Made by a program: the position numbers and the translations under genes
Assembly: GCA_016208165.1 (NCBI GenBank)
Contig: JACQYL010000053.1
Coordinates: 21,447 to 85,446, forward strand
DNA: 64,000 nt
Direction: 5' to 3'
From: Deltaproteobacteria bacterium
Lineage (GTDB): Bacteria > Desulfobacterota > Desulfarculia > JACQYL01
Part shown: one piece after another, positions 48,392 through 58,719 of the stretch
Numbering within the stretch: position 1 is the first letter of the stretch
How the letters are laid out: the number at the start of each line of letters is the position of its first letter
Notes under the pieces: model-generated
Told to the model about the DNA's origin: nothing
Database searches by the model: none
The model's input: the letters and a program-made list of their open reading frames with translations, nothing else

Positions 48392-50214
48392 AGCAGCCGG
48401 CACGGACCGAGGGCCGTCGCGCCCGGGACCGCCTTAGACCATCCCGGCCCGGGTTTATCGAAACGGATCCGAACGCCGCGCCCCGAACTTCCCCACACAA
48501 TTTCATGGTCTCGATATTCCCAGTCCGGGAACAACCGCAGAATGACCGGGCGCCATGTCACGGGAATTCCCGAGCTGTTTGTCAGACGATCCCAGAACAC
48601 AACGGTAAAGGGACTTGCCGAGACGATCATGGTCCGTTTCAGTATGGGTAGGGCAGGCCCCGAGATCCGCGCCGCACGGTAAAGAAAGGGACCTGATCCG
48701 AGCATTCGAACGAACTCTTCGACATGAGCTTTTCTGAAGCGCGGTCTCCTTAGATAACGGATAACGGTCCGTTGAAAGCGCCTCCAAGGGTTTTTGGTCT
48801 GGAATTCAGCCTCCCCCTGAAGGATCAAAGCACGATCATCCAATGCCCGGATTCGAATCCGCCTCCAGGTGTATGGATGATACTCCCGGCCCTCCGCGTT
48901 CAGGCTGGGAACGAAACCGGGACTCGCCAGGTTTTCGTCGTCCATTGGCTGGACCGGAGGTGGGGGGATGAGTTCTCGGCCGCGCGCCCGTAGAGAGATC
49001 AGATTCATTCCTGAAAAGCGGGGATCGAGTTCGAAATCGGGAAGGCTCTTTTGTCCCTGCAGGGACACGACGGCGCGACCGGCTCCGGAGTCTGAAAGCA
49101 ATAGCCCGGCTCCTAAAGCGACGAAAGTTCGAGGGGGTGTCCCGGAAACGGATGGGGGTTCCGATCGAATGGATCCCGGCGCTCGAACCGACGGATCCAA
49201 CAGCAACGCAGCGGCGAACGCATTGTATACCGTGTGATGCATGTAAAAGTCCCAGGAACTCTTGTCGCCACCGGTTGAACCCGGATTCAGAAGAACGCTC
49301 CCATCCGTAAGTTGAAGCTTCTTCAATTGATCCCCAACACGAAGCCCGGACCGCACCCATTCGCCGGTCCGTCCGGCAGCGCTCGGTTCACCGGATTCTT
49401 TCAGCTCTCGGGCCGCTCTCAGGAGTGTGTTCGCGGCAGTAGCAAGGCCAAACAGGCTGTGGTTGCTCCTTCCGTACGCAGCAATCTTTCCGTCTTCATC
49501 CACCAGGAACGCCAGGAGGTCAACGCCGCGCATCAAGGCTTGCCTGACCATAGGATCGTTCATGAACGGAAGGGCTTCCAGCAGAAAAAAGCAGCTAGCC
49601 GCATGATAGGTGAGGGGCGTCAGACGCTCCTGAAAACGGCGGCCGGGATTGCGGGGAAAATCGGCGAACAAGCCATCTGCATCCTGCCAACGCAATGTGT
49701 ACCGTTGGATCAGTCGCCGTCCCCGGTGAGTGTATCTCTGGGATCCTCTGATGCGCCCCAGAAGAAGGTGGTCCACCGCTTTAAGGGTAACCCAGTTATT
49801 TCCGTGAACAGTGTAGCGTCCTGAATCAAATCGCGGCTGAATCAGCCGATTCAGACGCCTTTTGAACGAAGCGTCCGTTTCAGGTGATACTTCCGCTCCC
49901 CCGGGCCACTCCATCCATGACTTGAGAAATGCATATTGAACGAACTCCCGATGGCCTTTGCCGGCCTCGGGCAGCCGGACCAGATGATCCAGGACGCCGA
50001 GCAGGGAATGCAGTATTCGATCTGTACCGTTCAGTCGGAAGAACCGGACAAGCGCAAGGGCGAAAAAGGCGTTTGCGCAATTCCCATCCGGAGTTGGAGC
50101 ACCGTCCCACTCGTCATACAGAGTTCCGGACGGTAGCCGGCGCCGAAGGAGATACCGAGTAATGTCTTCACCAATGGGAAATAATGGGCTGGTCGCGGCG
50201 GAAGAGTACATCAC
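48217..50214 (-). CDS. Hypothetical protein, possibly heparinase II/III-like polysaccharide-modifying enzyme
   Basis: Long ORF with coding-like composition inside a glycan locus. Family assignment is a weak impression only. The last about 60 codons overlap the convergent GT2 gene and look non-native. Confidence 0.3.
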   Translation of the reverse strand: MMYSSAATSPLFPIGEDITRYLLRRRLPSGTLYDEWDGAPTPDGNCANAFFALALVRFFRLNGTDRILHSLLGVLDHLVRLPEAGKGHREFVQYAFLKSWMEWPGGAEVSPETDASFKRRLNRLIQPRFDSGRYTVHGNNWVTLKAVDHLLLGRIRGSQRYTHRGRRLIQRYTLRWQDADGLFADFPRNPGRRFQERLTPLTYHAASCFFLLEALPFMNDPMVRQALMRGVDLLAFLVDEDGKIAAYGRSNHSLFGLATAANTLLRAARELKESGEPSAAGRTGEWVRSGLRVGDQLKKLQLTDGSVLLNPGSTGGDKSSWDFYMHHTVYNAFAAALLLDPSVRAPGSIRSEPPSVSGTPPRTFVALGAGLLLSDSGAGRAVVSLQGQKSLPDFELDPRFSGMNLISLRARGRELIPPPPVQPMDDENLASPGFVPSLNAEGREYHPYTWRRIRIRALDDRALILQGEAEFQTKNPWRRFQRTVIRYLRRPRFRKAHVEEFVRMLGSGPFLYRAARISGPALPILKRTMIVSASPFTVVFWDRLTNSSGIPVTWRPVILRLFPDWEYRDHEIVWGSSGRGVRIRFDKPGPGWSKAVPGATALGPCRLLYSLPLEVGPGAIQDSVFSVSPLGEAAIEWEWADGALVLDGAGWGAGKKTALRCPVPA

Positions 50215-50217
50215 ATC

Positions 50218-51318
50218 CTACCACACCCCGAGATTCCGGTTCAAAACAGGGATTCGGCAGATTCTTCTTCTCAACAAGGGCATGTGGTATCGGGTGAGGA
50301 CCCTTGGAAGGTCAAGCCATGACCGCGCTGCCATCCATTGCCAATCCACGTTCGGACTCGAACGCCATGTGGTGGAACACTCCGAACATGGCGAAGGCAG
50401 TCCCTCCGGTCCGGCCATCAGCCGACCACGCAATTCCCTCATGGCGGATCCATTCCACACGTCCATCAGGCCGTGTCGGGTCACGTCTCCACCCGGATAT
50501 TCGTTTCGATAATCCTGAAAACACGCCATGGCGCTGCCATCCCAGGTGATGGAAATGCCCGTGTAGGGTCTCAGACATGGAACGTACCGTTTCCCTCTTC
50601 GCGGGTCCGCCGCCGCTGAAGCTAGGCTTGGCAGTTTTTTCAGGCTCTCGGAATAGGACCCGGTCGAATGGATCGGGGCCGTGTAAATCCGGTCCACGGG
50701 CAGCCCCCTGAACAATTCAAGAAATCCCGGATCCGGATCTCGCCGGCTCGCGCGCGACTCGAACACCCGCACAATTTTGATGGAAACCATGGGTCCGGCC
50801 GAACCCCGTTTCTTCTTCATCCGAAGCAACCGAAGTATATTGGACAGCGTCTTTTCGTATTTGGCGCCACGGTGTATCCGCTCGTATTCGTCGGGAAATT
50901 CGCTGTCAAAACTGATCATCACGCTGTCCAGTCCGCTCTCCAGCAAGCCCCGAGATTTCCTTTCAGTCAACAACGTGGCGTTGGTATGCAAAAGCACCTG
51001 AGGAATCCCCGCCTCTTTGGCTTCCGTTATCATCCGGAACAGCTCCGGATGCAGCAAGGCTTCTCCCACGCCGTTTACCGTCAGGTGATGCACCTTTCCC
51101 CGGGCCTGACGGATCAAATGCGTGAATAACCGGCGCTCCATGTTTCCCGGCGGTCGACCCAATCCATAGTGGTGTGCGCATTTGATGCATCGGAGGTTGC
51201 ACCGGTTGGTGGTCTCCAGCCACATGGCGATCGGCGGGGTCGAGAGCTTTGTCCTGCCTGAACAGTACTGACGATACGCCGTGTTGTTCCTGTGTATGTA
51301 TCCAATCGTGTTTTTCAA
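50218..51318 (-). CDS. Radical SAM / SPASM-domain protein
   Basis: CNLRCIKC (CxxxCxxC) near the N-terminus. C-terminal Cys-rich auxiliary-cluster region (CLRPYTGISITWDGSAMAC...CSEC). Confidence 0.8.
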   Translation of the reverse strand: MKNTIGYIHRNNTAYRQYCSGRTKLSTPPIAMWLETTNRCNLRCIKCAHHYGLGRPPGNMERRLFTHLIRQARGKVHHLTVNGVGEALLHPELFRMITEAKEAGIPQVLLHTNATLLTERKSRGLLESGLDSVMISFDSEFPDEYERIHRGAKYEKTLSNILRLLRMKKKRGSAGPMVSIKIVRVFESRASRRDPDPGFLELFRGLPVDRIYTAPIHSTGSYSESLKKLPSLASAAADPRRGKRYVPCLRPYTGISITWDGSAMACFQDYRNEYPGGDVTRHGLMDVWNGSAMRELRGRLMAGPEGLPSPCSECSTTWRSSPNVDWQWMAARSWLDLPRVLTRYHMPLLRRRICRIPVLNRNLGVW

Positions 51319-51432
51319 GGATATCTTTTCGCTTTTTCGCCTTGCAGCCCGGACGCTTATGCCGGCATTCAGAGTCCCTACACATCCGCGGAAGCAGGAG
51401 GAAACCCCTAACCCAGTCGGGTGCGTGTCGCT

Positions 51433-52518
51433 CTAATCCGCGAGAACACCCTCCCGGCCTTTCCGAATGTCGGACTTGACCGTTTGATTCGAGCCACCGA
51501 CCTCGACACGCCCATCTTCCTGCATCCAGTTCAACAGCCGGTCAATACCCAGTTCCGGGGTCATGTGGGGACTAAATCCCAGTTCCGACCTTGCCCGATG
51601 AATATCATACCAGCGATCCCTGGTCAAAAGCCGTACTTGCTGAAAGGTCGGCAGGTATCCTTCGCCCGGAATGGAACGGCACCAAGACCGGCTCATACGG
51701 AAGCGGGCTTCCCCCAGACACGCCAGTGTCAGCAACAAGTTCTTCGGAACGGGGACGCATCCGGAAGCCATGCCCAGGTTCTTTCGAACGTGATCCAGCA
51801 ATTCCTGGAGAGTACAGGGCCTCGGGCCGGCCAGAGTATAAATCCGCCCCGAGGTTTTTCCGAGCAGACAGGCCTTCAGTAATCCATCCGCCAGGTCGCT
51901 CACCTCTATCAGATGCAGTCGATTCTTCCCATTGCCCGCGCAAAAGCAGACCGGCCTCGAGGCCATGCGGATAAGTTTGGGAATCAAACCATTCCTCTCC
52001 CGGGGGCCATACGTGAGCGCCGGACGGACAATGGTCACCGGCAGTCCTTGACGGGACGCCTCCAGGGCGCACCGTTCCGCAAGCAGTTTGGACACATGGT
52101 AATATCCTCCGGGAGCCGGTGGAACGGTCTCGCTTATTGGGCTTATTTTCGGCCATCCTTGCACGCCCACACTGCTCACCAGTATGAATTTCCGGGCGCG
52201 GAAACGCGCGGCCAGCTTAAGTAGTTCCCGGGTCAAACGCACATTGGCGTCCAGATACGTCTTAAAAGGCAACGGCCGTTCGCCCCTGAGAGCGCCCAAG
52301 TGCACCCAGACACCATCCGAGGGAAAACATCGATTCGGCCGTTCAACCCATTGGCCGCTTTCCGAGTCCCGTGTCCAAAAAAAAGCCGTTCCGGAATGGA
52401 ACCTGGCTTTAACGGGCGCCACTCCGTAACCGTTTTGCACCAACAGATCCAGGAAGTGACGAGCCACGAACCCTGACGATCCCGTCACTATCACTCGATC
52501 TCCGTCACTTGGTTTCAT
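51433..52518 (-). CDS. NAD-dependent epimerase/dehydratase (extended SDR)
   Basis: N-terminal Rossmann motif VIVTGSSGFVARHFLDLL. Y..K catalytic pair pattern (YHVSKLL). Confidence 0.85.
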   Translation of the reverse strand: MKPSDGDRVIVTGSSGFVARHFLDLLVQNGYGVAPVKARFHSGTAFFWTRDSESGQWVERPNRCFPSDGVWVHLGALRGERPLPFKTYLDANVRLTRELLKLAARFRARKFILVSSVGVQGWPKISPISETVPPAPGGYYHVSKLLAERCALEASRQGLPVTIVRPALTYGPRERNGLIPKLIRMASRPVCFCAGNGKNRLHLIEVSDLADGLLKACLLGKTSGRIYTLAGPRPCTLQELLDHVRKNLGMASGCVPVPKNLLLTLACLGEARFRMSRSWCRSIPGEGYLPTFQQVRLLTRDRWYDIHRARSELGFSPHMTPELGIDRLLNWMQEDGRVEVGGSNQTVKSDIRKGREGVLAD

Positions 52519-53296
52519 ACATCAGGTACCGGTGATGGGCCCACAGCGATTTCAGCCGGAGGGGCAAGTTTGAATTTTCTACGAATCCGAGGCGCTCGAC
52601 CCACTTCTTCTGCGCGGGGTCTTTACCCAGCAGATAGTCGAGGCTGCTCCACCGCCATCGTCTCATTGCATTGGCATCCGACCTCGGGAACAGCCGGCTG
52701 ACGGCCAGCCCTGTGTCGGGCCAGGGAGGACAATCCATCACCCCTTCCCGCACCAGCCGGACGCCGCTTCGGTAAAGGTTCTTCCTCACCAGATCCGCGC
52801 TCCCCCACAAGGCCTGATGCCTCTTAAAAAAGGAACGGTTCCACCCGAATCGCGCCCAAAGGTACCCCGCCTGAGTCAAATTGGGCAACACCAACAGCAC
52901 CACTTTGCGCGAAACGCGTACAAGTTCCTTCAGCAGCCGGCCAGGATCGGGCCAATGCCACAGCCCGTTGAAATTAAACGCGAGATCGAAGCTTTTCGAG
53001 CGAAACGGCAGCGATTCCCCGGTTCGCACCAGAACCGGACGTCTACCGAGTGCGATCCAGGAACGGCGGGCCGCATCGAGGACTCCCCATTCCATGTCCG
53101 CCAGTACTACGGCTACGTCCTTTTGGGCGAGAGGAACCGTGTTGATTCCGGCAATTCCGGACATACCGCGCACCGGGGCCTCCAGTACCCTGGAAAGGCC
53201 GTAGCTCGCATGGATGGAATCCAACAGATCCCACAGACGATGGCGCTCATAAACAGTTCCAAGACCCTCGTCCTGATTCGCGTGAGTCGAATCCAT
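52505..53296 (-). CDS. Putative SAM-dependent methyltransferase-like protein
   Basis: Weak class-I MTase-like pattern (FDLAFNFNGLWHWPD). Low certainty. Confidence 0.35.
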   Translation of the reverse strand: MDSTHANQDEGLGTVYERHRLWDLLDSIHASYGLSRVLEAPVRGMSGIAGINTVPLAQKDVAVVLADMEWGVLDAARRSWIALGRRPVLVRTGESLPFRSKSFDLAFNFNGLWHWPDPGRLLKELVRVSRKVVLLVLPNLTQAGYLWARFGWNRSFFKRHQALWGSADLVRKNLYRSGVRLVREGVMDCPPWPDTGLAVSRLFPRSDANAMRRWRWSSLDYLLGKDPAQKKWVERLGFVENSNLPLRLKSLWAHHRYLMYETK

Positions 53297-53300
53297 TCAC

Positions 53301-54374
53301 TCAAACCATCCCTAACCAGGCTTTGGACAATTTAAAAAAACCCGATGGGTGCATCAGGATATTCGTGAAGGCGGAGTTTGCCAGAGGGCAGGAACACGCA
53401 CGGTCGGCAATGCGCTTGCGAACCGATTGAGCCTCGGAGCGGTTCCACATGGCTCTAAAATCAAAGTCCCAATCCTGTAGTCTCCCCATGACCGACCCCT
53501 CCACGCAACAAGCCCAAACGGTTCCGTCCGCGTCCACATGGGCGGAGGCTCGCCCGGAATAACAGGGCAGGAGGCGGTTGTTGGGCTCGGGCTCAACAGC
53601 CAGCATATCGTAATAGCGCGCTCGCAAGGAAGCGGAAATACGGGAAAATCCGTCTCCCGCATGTTGAATCAGGTCCGCCTTTAACAGAGGAAGCGCCCCG
53701 CGGAGCTTTTCCGTATCGGGCTTTACATCCAATGGGGCATTCTGAAGCTCCCACCTTTCCTCTGCGATTTCCGTTAGGTAGTGATCCGGCTTCAAGGCCC
53801 GCAGAGACGGTGCAATTCGATCGATTCGATCCGAGTTGAGCGTCGAAATGACCGTGTGGATGCCGACCTTCAGGTTTTTGGGGCGGGCTTTCTGGATCCT
53901 TTGAAGGGTCTGAACCGCCCGCTCGAACGTTCCCGGGACTCCACGGATGCGGTCGTGAAGGTTGCCGATATCATCCAAGGATATGTTTGCCACGACTATG
54001 GTCTCCGGGCATGAGGCGGCAATGCGGACTGCGCGCTCCGCGGTCTCGGGAATGGTGGCGTTCGTGGGCAGATTGATCACCCTGGGACGGCACTTCCAAT
54101 AGAAAAGTTCGACGATGGTCTCCAGATCTTTCCTGAGGAAAGGTTCTCCTCCGCTGAACGTAATCCAGCGGGGCCATTTCCCAAGAGAAGAGGCCAGCCG
54201 GGAAATCTGTTCCAGCGACATCTCCGTACTGCAGCGGGTGGAGACCGAACACATCCGGCAGTGCAGGTTGCAGCGGTGCGTCAAGGATACCGTCAAGCTG
54301 AACGGAGGGGGAACGCGAAGCCCCATTCTATGGGCCATTCGGTGAAGCGCGATATAAGACAGGAGTCGGATCAT
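53301..54374 (-). CDS. Radical SAM / SPASM-domain protein (paralog of 50218-51318)
   Basis: CNLHCRMC motif. C-terminal Cys-rich region (CYSGRASAHVDADGTVWACCVEG...CSCP). Start ambiguous (54374, abutting the upstream stop, or 54398). Confidence 0.8.
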   Translation of the reverse strand: MIRLLSYIALHRMAHRMGLRVPPPFSLTVSLTHRCNLHCRMCSVSTRCSTEMSLEQISRLASSLGKWPRWITFSGGEPFLRKDLETIVELFYWKCRPRVINLPTNATIPETAERAVRIAASCPETIVVANISLDDIGNLHDRIRGVPGTFERAVQTLQRIQKARPKNLKVGIHTVISTLNSDRIDRIAPSLRALKPDHYLTEIAEERWELQNAPLDVKPDTEKLRGALPLLKADLIQHAGDGFSRISASLRARYYDMLAVEPEPNNRLLPCYSGRASAHVDADGTVWACCVEGSVMGRLQDWDFDFRAMWNRSEAQSVRKRIADRACSCPLANSAFTNILMHPSGFFKLSKAWLGMV

Positions 54375-55273
54375 GTTCTGGAAAGCTCGTCCAGACATTC
54401 TTTTGTGGTGGCTGAACGTTTCCATACCACATGAGAAGAGGGGAACCCCGTCATGTCCAAACGGCCCAGTGCTCTGCCCCACGCCTCGAGAAGCACGGCG
54501 AGAACCAGAAAAAGCCGGGAGCTCGCGGGAAAGGCACTGAACTCCTGAAGGAAGGCATGGAAGATGGTCCGGACATCAAACGTGGCCACACGATACCCCG
54601 TCTTCCGGTAAAAGTCCAAGTGTCCGCTATGGATGCGTCTTCTTTGCCTGAGAAAGTCCCTGATGGAAGTGGGGCCGTGATTCCAGATAATGGCTTCGGG
54701 CGCGTACACAAGGGTATATCCGTTCGACAGGAAGTGGTATTCGAGGGCCACTTCGTCCACCCAGGTCGTCTCCGGAATGGACGAGACTTTGGATACAAAT
54801 GCAACCACCTCGCCGAGCTTGGGCCGGATGGAAGCCATTCTATGGTGAAGCCGCCATTGCAAATGCACGGCATGGTTGACGGCCCCCTGTAAGGCGTTCA
54901 AAGGAACGGGGCGCCCTCCCGTCATGCCGACGCGCGGATCTTGAAAAGGCAAGATCAGTTTCTCGAATGCATCCGCGGCCGGCAGCACATCCGCACTCAC
55001 AAGAACTTGGATATCGCCCGTGGCTCGTTTCAGAAACTCGTTGACGGCGGACGCTTTCCCTGCACGACGTGGTTGGACGACAAGCTCGATCCGATGGTCT
55101 TCGCGGCTCAGAGCTTCCACGATTTCCACGGTACGATCCGTGCATCCGCTGGCCACAACCAGGATCTCGCTGATATAACCGGACTCGAGGCGCTGGTTAA
55201 GAACGGCCCGCAGCAGTCCGCCGATATTCTTGTCTTCGTTGTGAGCCATAACACCAACGCTTAATGTTGGCAT
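54371..55273 (-). CDS. GT2-family glycosyltransferase
   Basis: MPTLSVGVMAHNEDKNI...DxD-like region ILVVASGCTDRT. Confidence 0.8.
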   Translation of the reverse strand: MPTLSVGVMAHNEDKNIGGLLRAVLNQRLESGYISEILVVASGCTDRTVEIVEALSREDHRIELVVQPRRAGKASAVNEFLKRATGDIQVLVSADVLPAADAFEKLILPFQDPRVGMTGGRPVPLNALQGAVNHAVHLQWRLHHRMASIRPKLGEVVAFVSKVSSIPETTWVDEVALEYHFLSNGYTLVYAPEAIIWNHGPTSIRDFLRQRRRIHSGHLDFYRKTGYRVATFDVRTIFHAFLQEFSAFPASSRLFLVLAVLLEAWGRALGRLDMTGFPSSHVVWKRSATTKECLDELSRT

Positions 55274-56000
55274 GGTGAAACCTCCCCAAGCCTTTGAAGC
55301 GAAGCCTCAGAATGAGGAATATGGCTTCGAGAATCACTCCGACATGGAGTTTTGAACTGCCGCGAACCCGATCCGCAAAACGAATCGGAATCTCGGTCAC
55401 ACGGTATCCCTTCCTGCGCACCTGATGATTCACTTCTACCTGAAACACATATCCCAGTGATTCCAAGCCCTTCAGGTCCAGGCTCTCGAGCACTTGTCTT
55501 CGGAAACCTTTGAATCCCGAGGTGGCGTCCGTGCAGTAATCTCCGGTGATCAACCGGACGAACCAGGTAGCCATCCGGCTCAACACCAGCCGATGGAGGG
55601 CCCAGTTCTCCGTCTCGCCCCCTTTCAAGTACCGGGAACCCACCACCAAATCACTGTGTGAAAGCGCCTGTAGAAATGCCGGAATAGCTTCCGGCGCATG
55701 GGAGAAATCAGCGTCCATTTGAAGAATCTGCTCATAACCCCGATCCAATGCAAATCCGAATCCGGTGGCATAGGCGCGGCCCAATCCGTATTTCCATGGG
55801 CGGTGCAGCACCGCTACCTCGGCGTGGCGCGCGGCGAGTTCGTCCGCCACCCGCCCGGTTCCATCCGGCGAGTTGTCGTCCACGATCAGGATGTCAAGGC
55901 AGAGATTCAACCCAACGATGCGCTCAACGAGGGGAACAATGTTGCTTCGTTCGTTGAAGGTAGGGATGACTACAATGGTTTTGTGTGGCTGCAAATGCAA
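55197..56000 (-). CDS. Polyprenol-phosphate sugar synthase-like GT2 (dolichol-phosphate mannose synthase family)
   Basis: TIVVIPTFNERSNI...ILIVDDNSPDGT...DLVVGSRY typical of DPM1/GtrB-like enzymes. Confidence 0.8.
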   Translation of the reverse strand: MHLQPHKTIVVIPTFNERSNIVPLVERIVGLNLCLDILIVDDNSPDGTGRVADELAARHAEVAVLHRPWKYGLGRAYATGFGFALDRGYEQILQMDADFSHAPEAIPAFLQALSHSDLVVGSRYLKGGETENWALHRLVLSRMATWFVRLITGDYCTDATSGFKGFRRQVLESLDLKGLESLGYVFQVEVNHQVRRKGYRVTEIPIRFADRVRGSSKLHVGVILEAIFLILRLRFKGLGRFHHANIKRWCYGSQRRQEYRRTAAGRS

Positions 56001-56163
56001 TCCCCGGCGGTAACGCAGACTCCGGATTCAACGACAATAGACTGACCTTAACACGATACCGGAAAAGAGCGAAATCCGAAAGCCTATACTGGGTAGGTTC
56101 CGACAATCAGGCGTCCACGCCAAGATAGAAGAATCCTGGGTTACATCGAGATGCCGTGAGTGT

Positions 56164-56683
56164 TCACGCGTCTTTGACACAGGCGCCGGCCGGAAAATAC
56201 AGATCCACAATTCGATCCACTCTGTTCAGCCAGTCGCGGCGCGCCTCGATCGAGCTGGTCACCACCACGGTGTACATCTCCCGATAAAAGGTACGAACGC
56301 CGCAGAGGTCGAAAATGCAGTTCTTCCAAAGCAGTTGCAGCGGATCGCCGAAGGTCTCCCGTTCCCTTGCCGTGGGCGTGTTGGCCGTATTGAATACCAG
56401 AGCCGTCTGCGCCTTCAAGAGGCCCACCGGTACGCCTTCGCCGCCGTCGCCGTCGATGAACCGGTAGGCCACCCCGGGTCTGATGACACGATCGACCCAC
56501 CCTTTCAAAATGGCCGGCGGCTGGCCCCACCAGTTTGGGTGGACGATGACGATCCCGTCCGCCATAGAGGTCATGAACCATCGCACAATGACCGTTGCTC
56601 TCGATACGCGCGACCACGGTTTGTGCGATGGCGTGGTTGAAACTGCCTTTGGCCGGATGCGCCAATATGACCGAAATATTCAC
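56164..56683 (-). pseudogene. Flavodoxin-like-fold NAD(P)H-dependent oxidoreductase (Flavodoxin_2/NQO-like) with an internal out-of-frame deletion
   Basis: N-terminal part MNISVILAHPAKGSFNHAIAQTVVARIESNGHCAMVHDLY is in one frame. The central WW motif part ADGIVIVHPNWWGQPPAILKGWVDRV is in another frame, starting essentially at the same nucleotides. The about 30 residues normally between these motifs are missing. Confidence 0.55.
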
Positions 56684-56815
56684 TTGCCAATTCCACTTGG
56701 GAGACTGCGCCGCAATTCAAGAAACGTCCTTCCGGACGAACACATCGAGATCCGGACTTTAAAAAATGTGAAGCATGGTCACAAGTTTCAAGAAGCCTGG
56801 GTTCGTACGTCCGCA

Positions 56816-58459
56816 TCAGAATTCGGGTTTTACCCGATCCAAGCGTACGGGAGTGGTCTGGATCTCCATACCCTGCGCTCCCTTCCGCAACACGATGTTC
56901 TTCAGCCAATTTCGATTGTCTTCCTCCGGGTAATCCACACGGAAATGCGATCCACGGCTTTCCGTTCGTTCGAGGGCGGCCCGGCAGACCATCTCGGCCA
57001 CAAGTCTCATGTTTTGAAATTCCATGAGCCTGATCAGATCGGCGGGGCTTGCAACGGCGATTCGGGACTCGAGATTCCCGAATCGTCTCAGGGCTTCTCT
57101 GAGATCGTCTTCCCGGCGAATGACGCCCGCCTTGTACCACATCAGTTCTTTTAATTCACGGGCCAGCCGTTTAGGACTCGATCCCTGTTCAGAACGTGCG
57201 TCTTCCAGCCGGGACTTTTCTTCTTTCACCGCCTGTCGAGGGACGGGTGACATCCCTATCTCCCTTGCCCGCTGGGCGGCTTTGCCTCCCACACGGGAGC
57301 CCATGGCAAATACCTCGGCCAAAGCGTTGCCGCCGAGGCGATTGGCGCCGTGCATTCCCGCCGCCGCTTCTCCGGCGACGAAAAGTCCGTTCAAACATGT
57401 TTCCCCGTGTTCATCCGTCGCCACACCCCCCATACAGAAATGAGCCGTCGGCGCCACCTTGAACGTTTTCCGCCCCTTCCACCACTGGGAGGGCAGAATT
57501 TGAGCGAGCTGACCGGCGATCTCCTCGGGAAGCGCTTCGAGATCCATGAAGACCCCGTTCCTCTCCCTTCCATCATCACCGATCTCTTTCATCACCAGCT
57601 GCGCCAGTTGATCCCTCGTCACCCGCAGAGGGTCCAACCCATTTCGCCTGAGGATATCCTCACCGGCCTCGTTCCGTAGAACCACGCCTGTCTGGGGCAA
57701 AATCTTCTCATACAGCACGAGCTGGTTCCCTCGTTCGCCCATGGCCGTTGGATAGAATTGGACGAATTCCATTTCCTTCAATGGAACCCCCAAATCGTAG
57801 GCCAAAGCGTGGCCGTCTCCCGCGATGCCGGGAGCGTTATTGGTGTTGAGGAAGATCTGTGCGTAACCGCCGGTGGCCAATACTATGGTCTTTGCCTGCA
57901 TGGTAAGGAACCTGCCGTCCGCAGTGACACCGGTCGCGCCACTCACTCGTCCGCCGGATGCCAGAAACCGGGAGACAAACACATGTTCCGCAACGCGGAC
58001 GCCCACCTTCCTTGCCCGGCGTTCGAGCGGCAAAACGAGGTCCCTGCCGATCCAGTTCTCTCCGTACACATGGCGGGGATAGCTATGCCCCGGGATTTGA
58101 AACACACGGGGTTTTTCTCCTTCCATTCCGAAACGCACGCCGCATTCTTTCAAAAAAGCAATCTCGGCGCCCACTTGCTCCACCATCCGGGCCACCATGG
58201 CCTGATCGTTCAGAAAGCGTCCGCCTATTACCGTATCGGTCATGTGAACGTCTCTTGTGTCGTCCGGTGTCCCCCATCCCGTGGCAGCTATAACGGACTT
58301 GGAAATGAAGGTATTCGCGGCGCGTCCCAATCCGGACTTGGAAACCAGAAGCACGTCGGCGTTCTCTGCTTTGGCGGCGATAGCGGACCTGAGGCCTGCA
58401 CCCCCGCCTCCGATGACCAGTACGTCGCACGAAAGCGTCTCTTGTCTCTCCAGGAGCAT
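56816..58459 (-). CDS. FAD-binding oxidoreductase of the succinate dehydrogenase/fumarate reductase flavoprotein family (SdhA/FrdA/NadB-like), stand-alone
   Basis: Dinucleotide-binding motif DVLVIGGGGAGLRSAIAA. Family C-terminal signature HFRVDYPEEDNRNW. No adjacent Fe-S or membrane-anchor subunit genes. Start taken at MLLERQ (58459). Confidence 0.75.
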   Translation of the reverse strand: MLLERQETLSCDVLVIGGGGAGLRSAIAAKAENADVLLVSKSGLGRAANTFISKSVIAATGWGTPDDTRDVHMTDTVIGGRFLNDQAMVARMVEQVGAEIAFLKECGVRFGMEGEKPRVFQIPGHSYPRHVYGENWIGRDLVLPLERRARKVGVRVAEHVFVSRFLASGGRVSGATGVTADGRFLTMQAKTIVLATGGYAQIFLNTNNAPGIAGDGHALAYDLGVPLKEMEFVQFYPTAMGERGNQLVLYEKILPQTGVVLRNEAGEDILRRNGLDPLRVTRDQLAQLVMKEIGDDGRERNGVFMDLEALPEEIAGQLAQILPSQWWKGRKTFKVAPTAHFCMGGVATDEHGETCLNGLFVAGEAAAGMHGANRLGGNALAEVFAMGSRVGGKAAQRAREIGMSPVPRQAVKEEKSRLEDARSEQGSSPKRLARELKELMWYKAGVIRREDDLREALRRFGNLESRIAVASPADLIRLMEFQNMRLVAEMVCRAALERTESRGSHFRVDYPEEDNRNWLKNIVLRKGAQGMEIQTTPVRLDRVKPEF

Positions 58460-58719
58460 GTCGGGATTCCTCTTCTTTTCGATCCTTCTGAAACCGGTTG
58501 GGTGAACAGCAAAGCGGCTTTCTATTTTCACAATTTAAGTTAGAGACTACAAGCGGATTTCTTCCGTCATTCCAAAAGAAGGCGTGCACCCCGGGGCCGG
58601 AGCGGCTTACGGGCGCCTGACGCCGAAAGAGGCTTTGACACGGTCAAGAAAAGCAAAGGCGAGTCATCAATGGAACAGGTCCGGAGGGGCCATACGGGCG
58701 ACGCCCATATTCATTTCGG

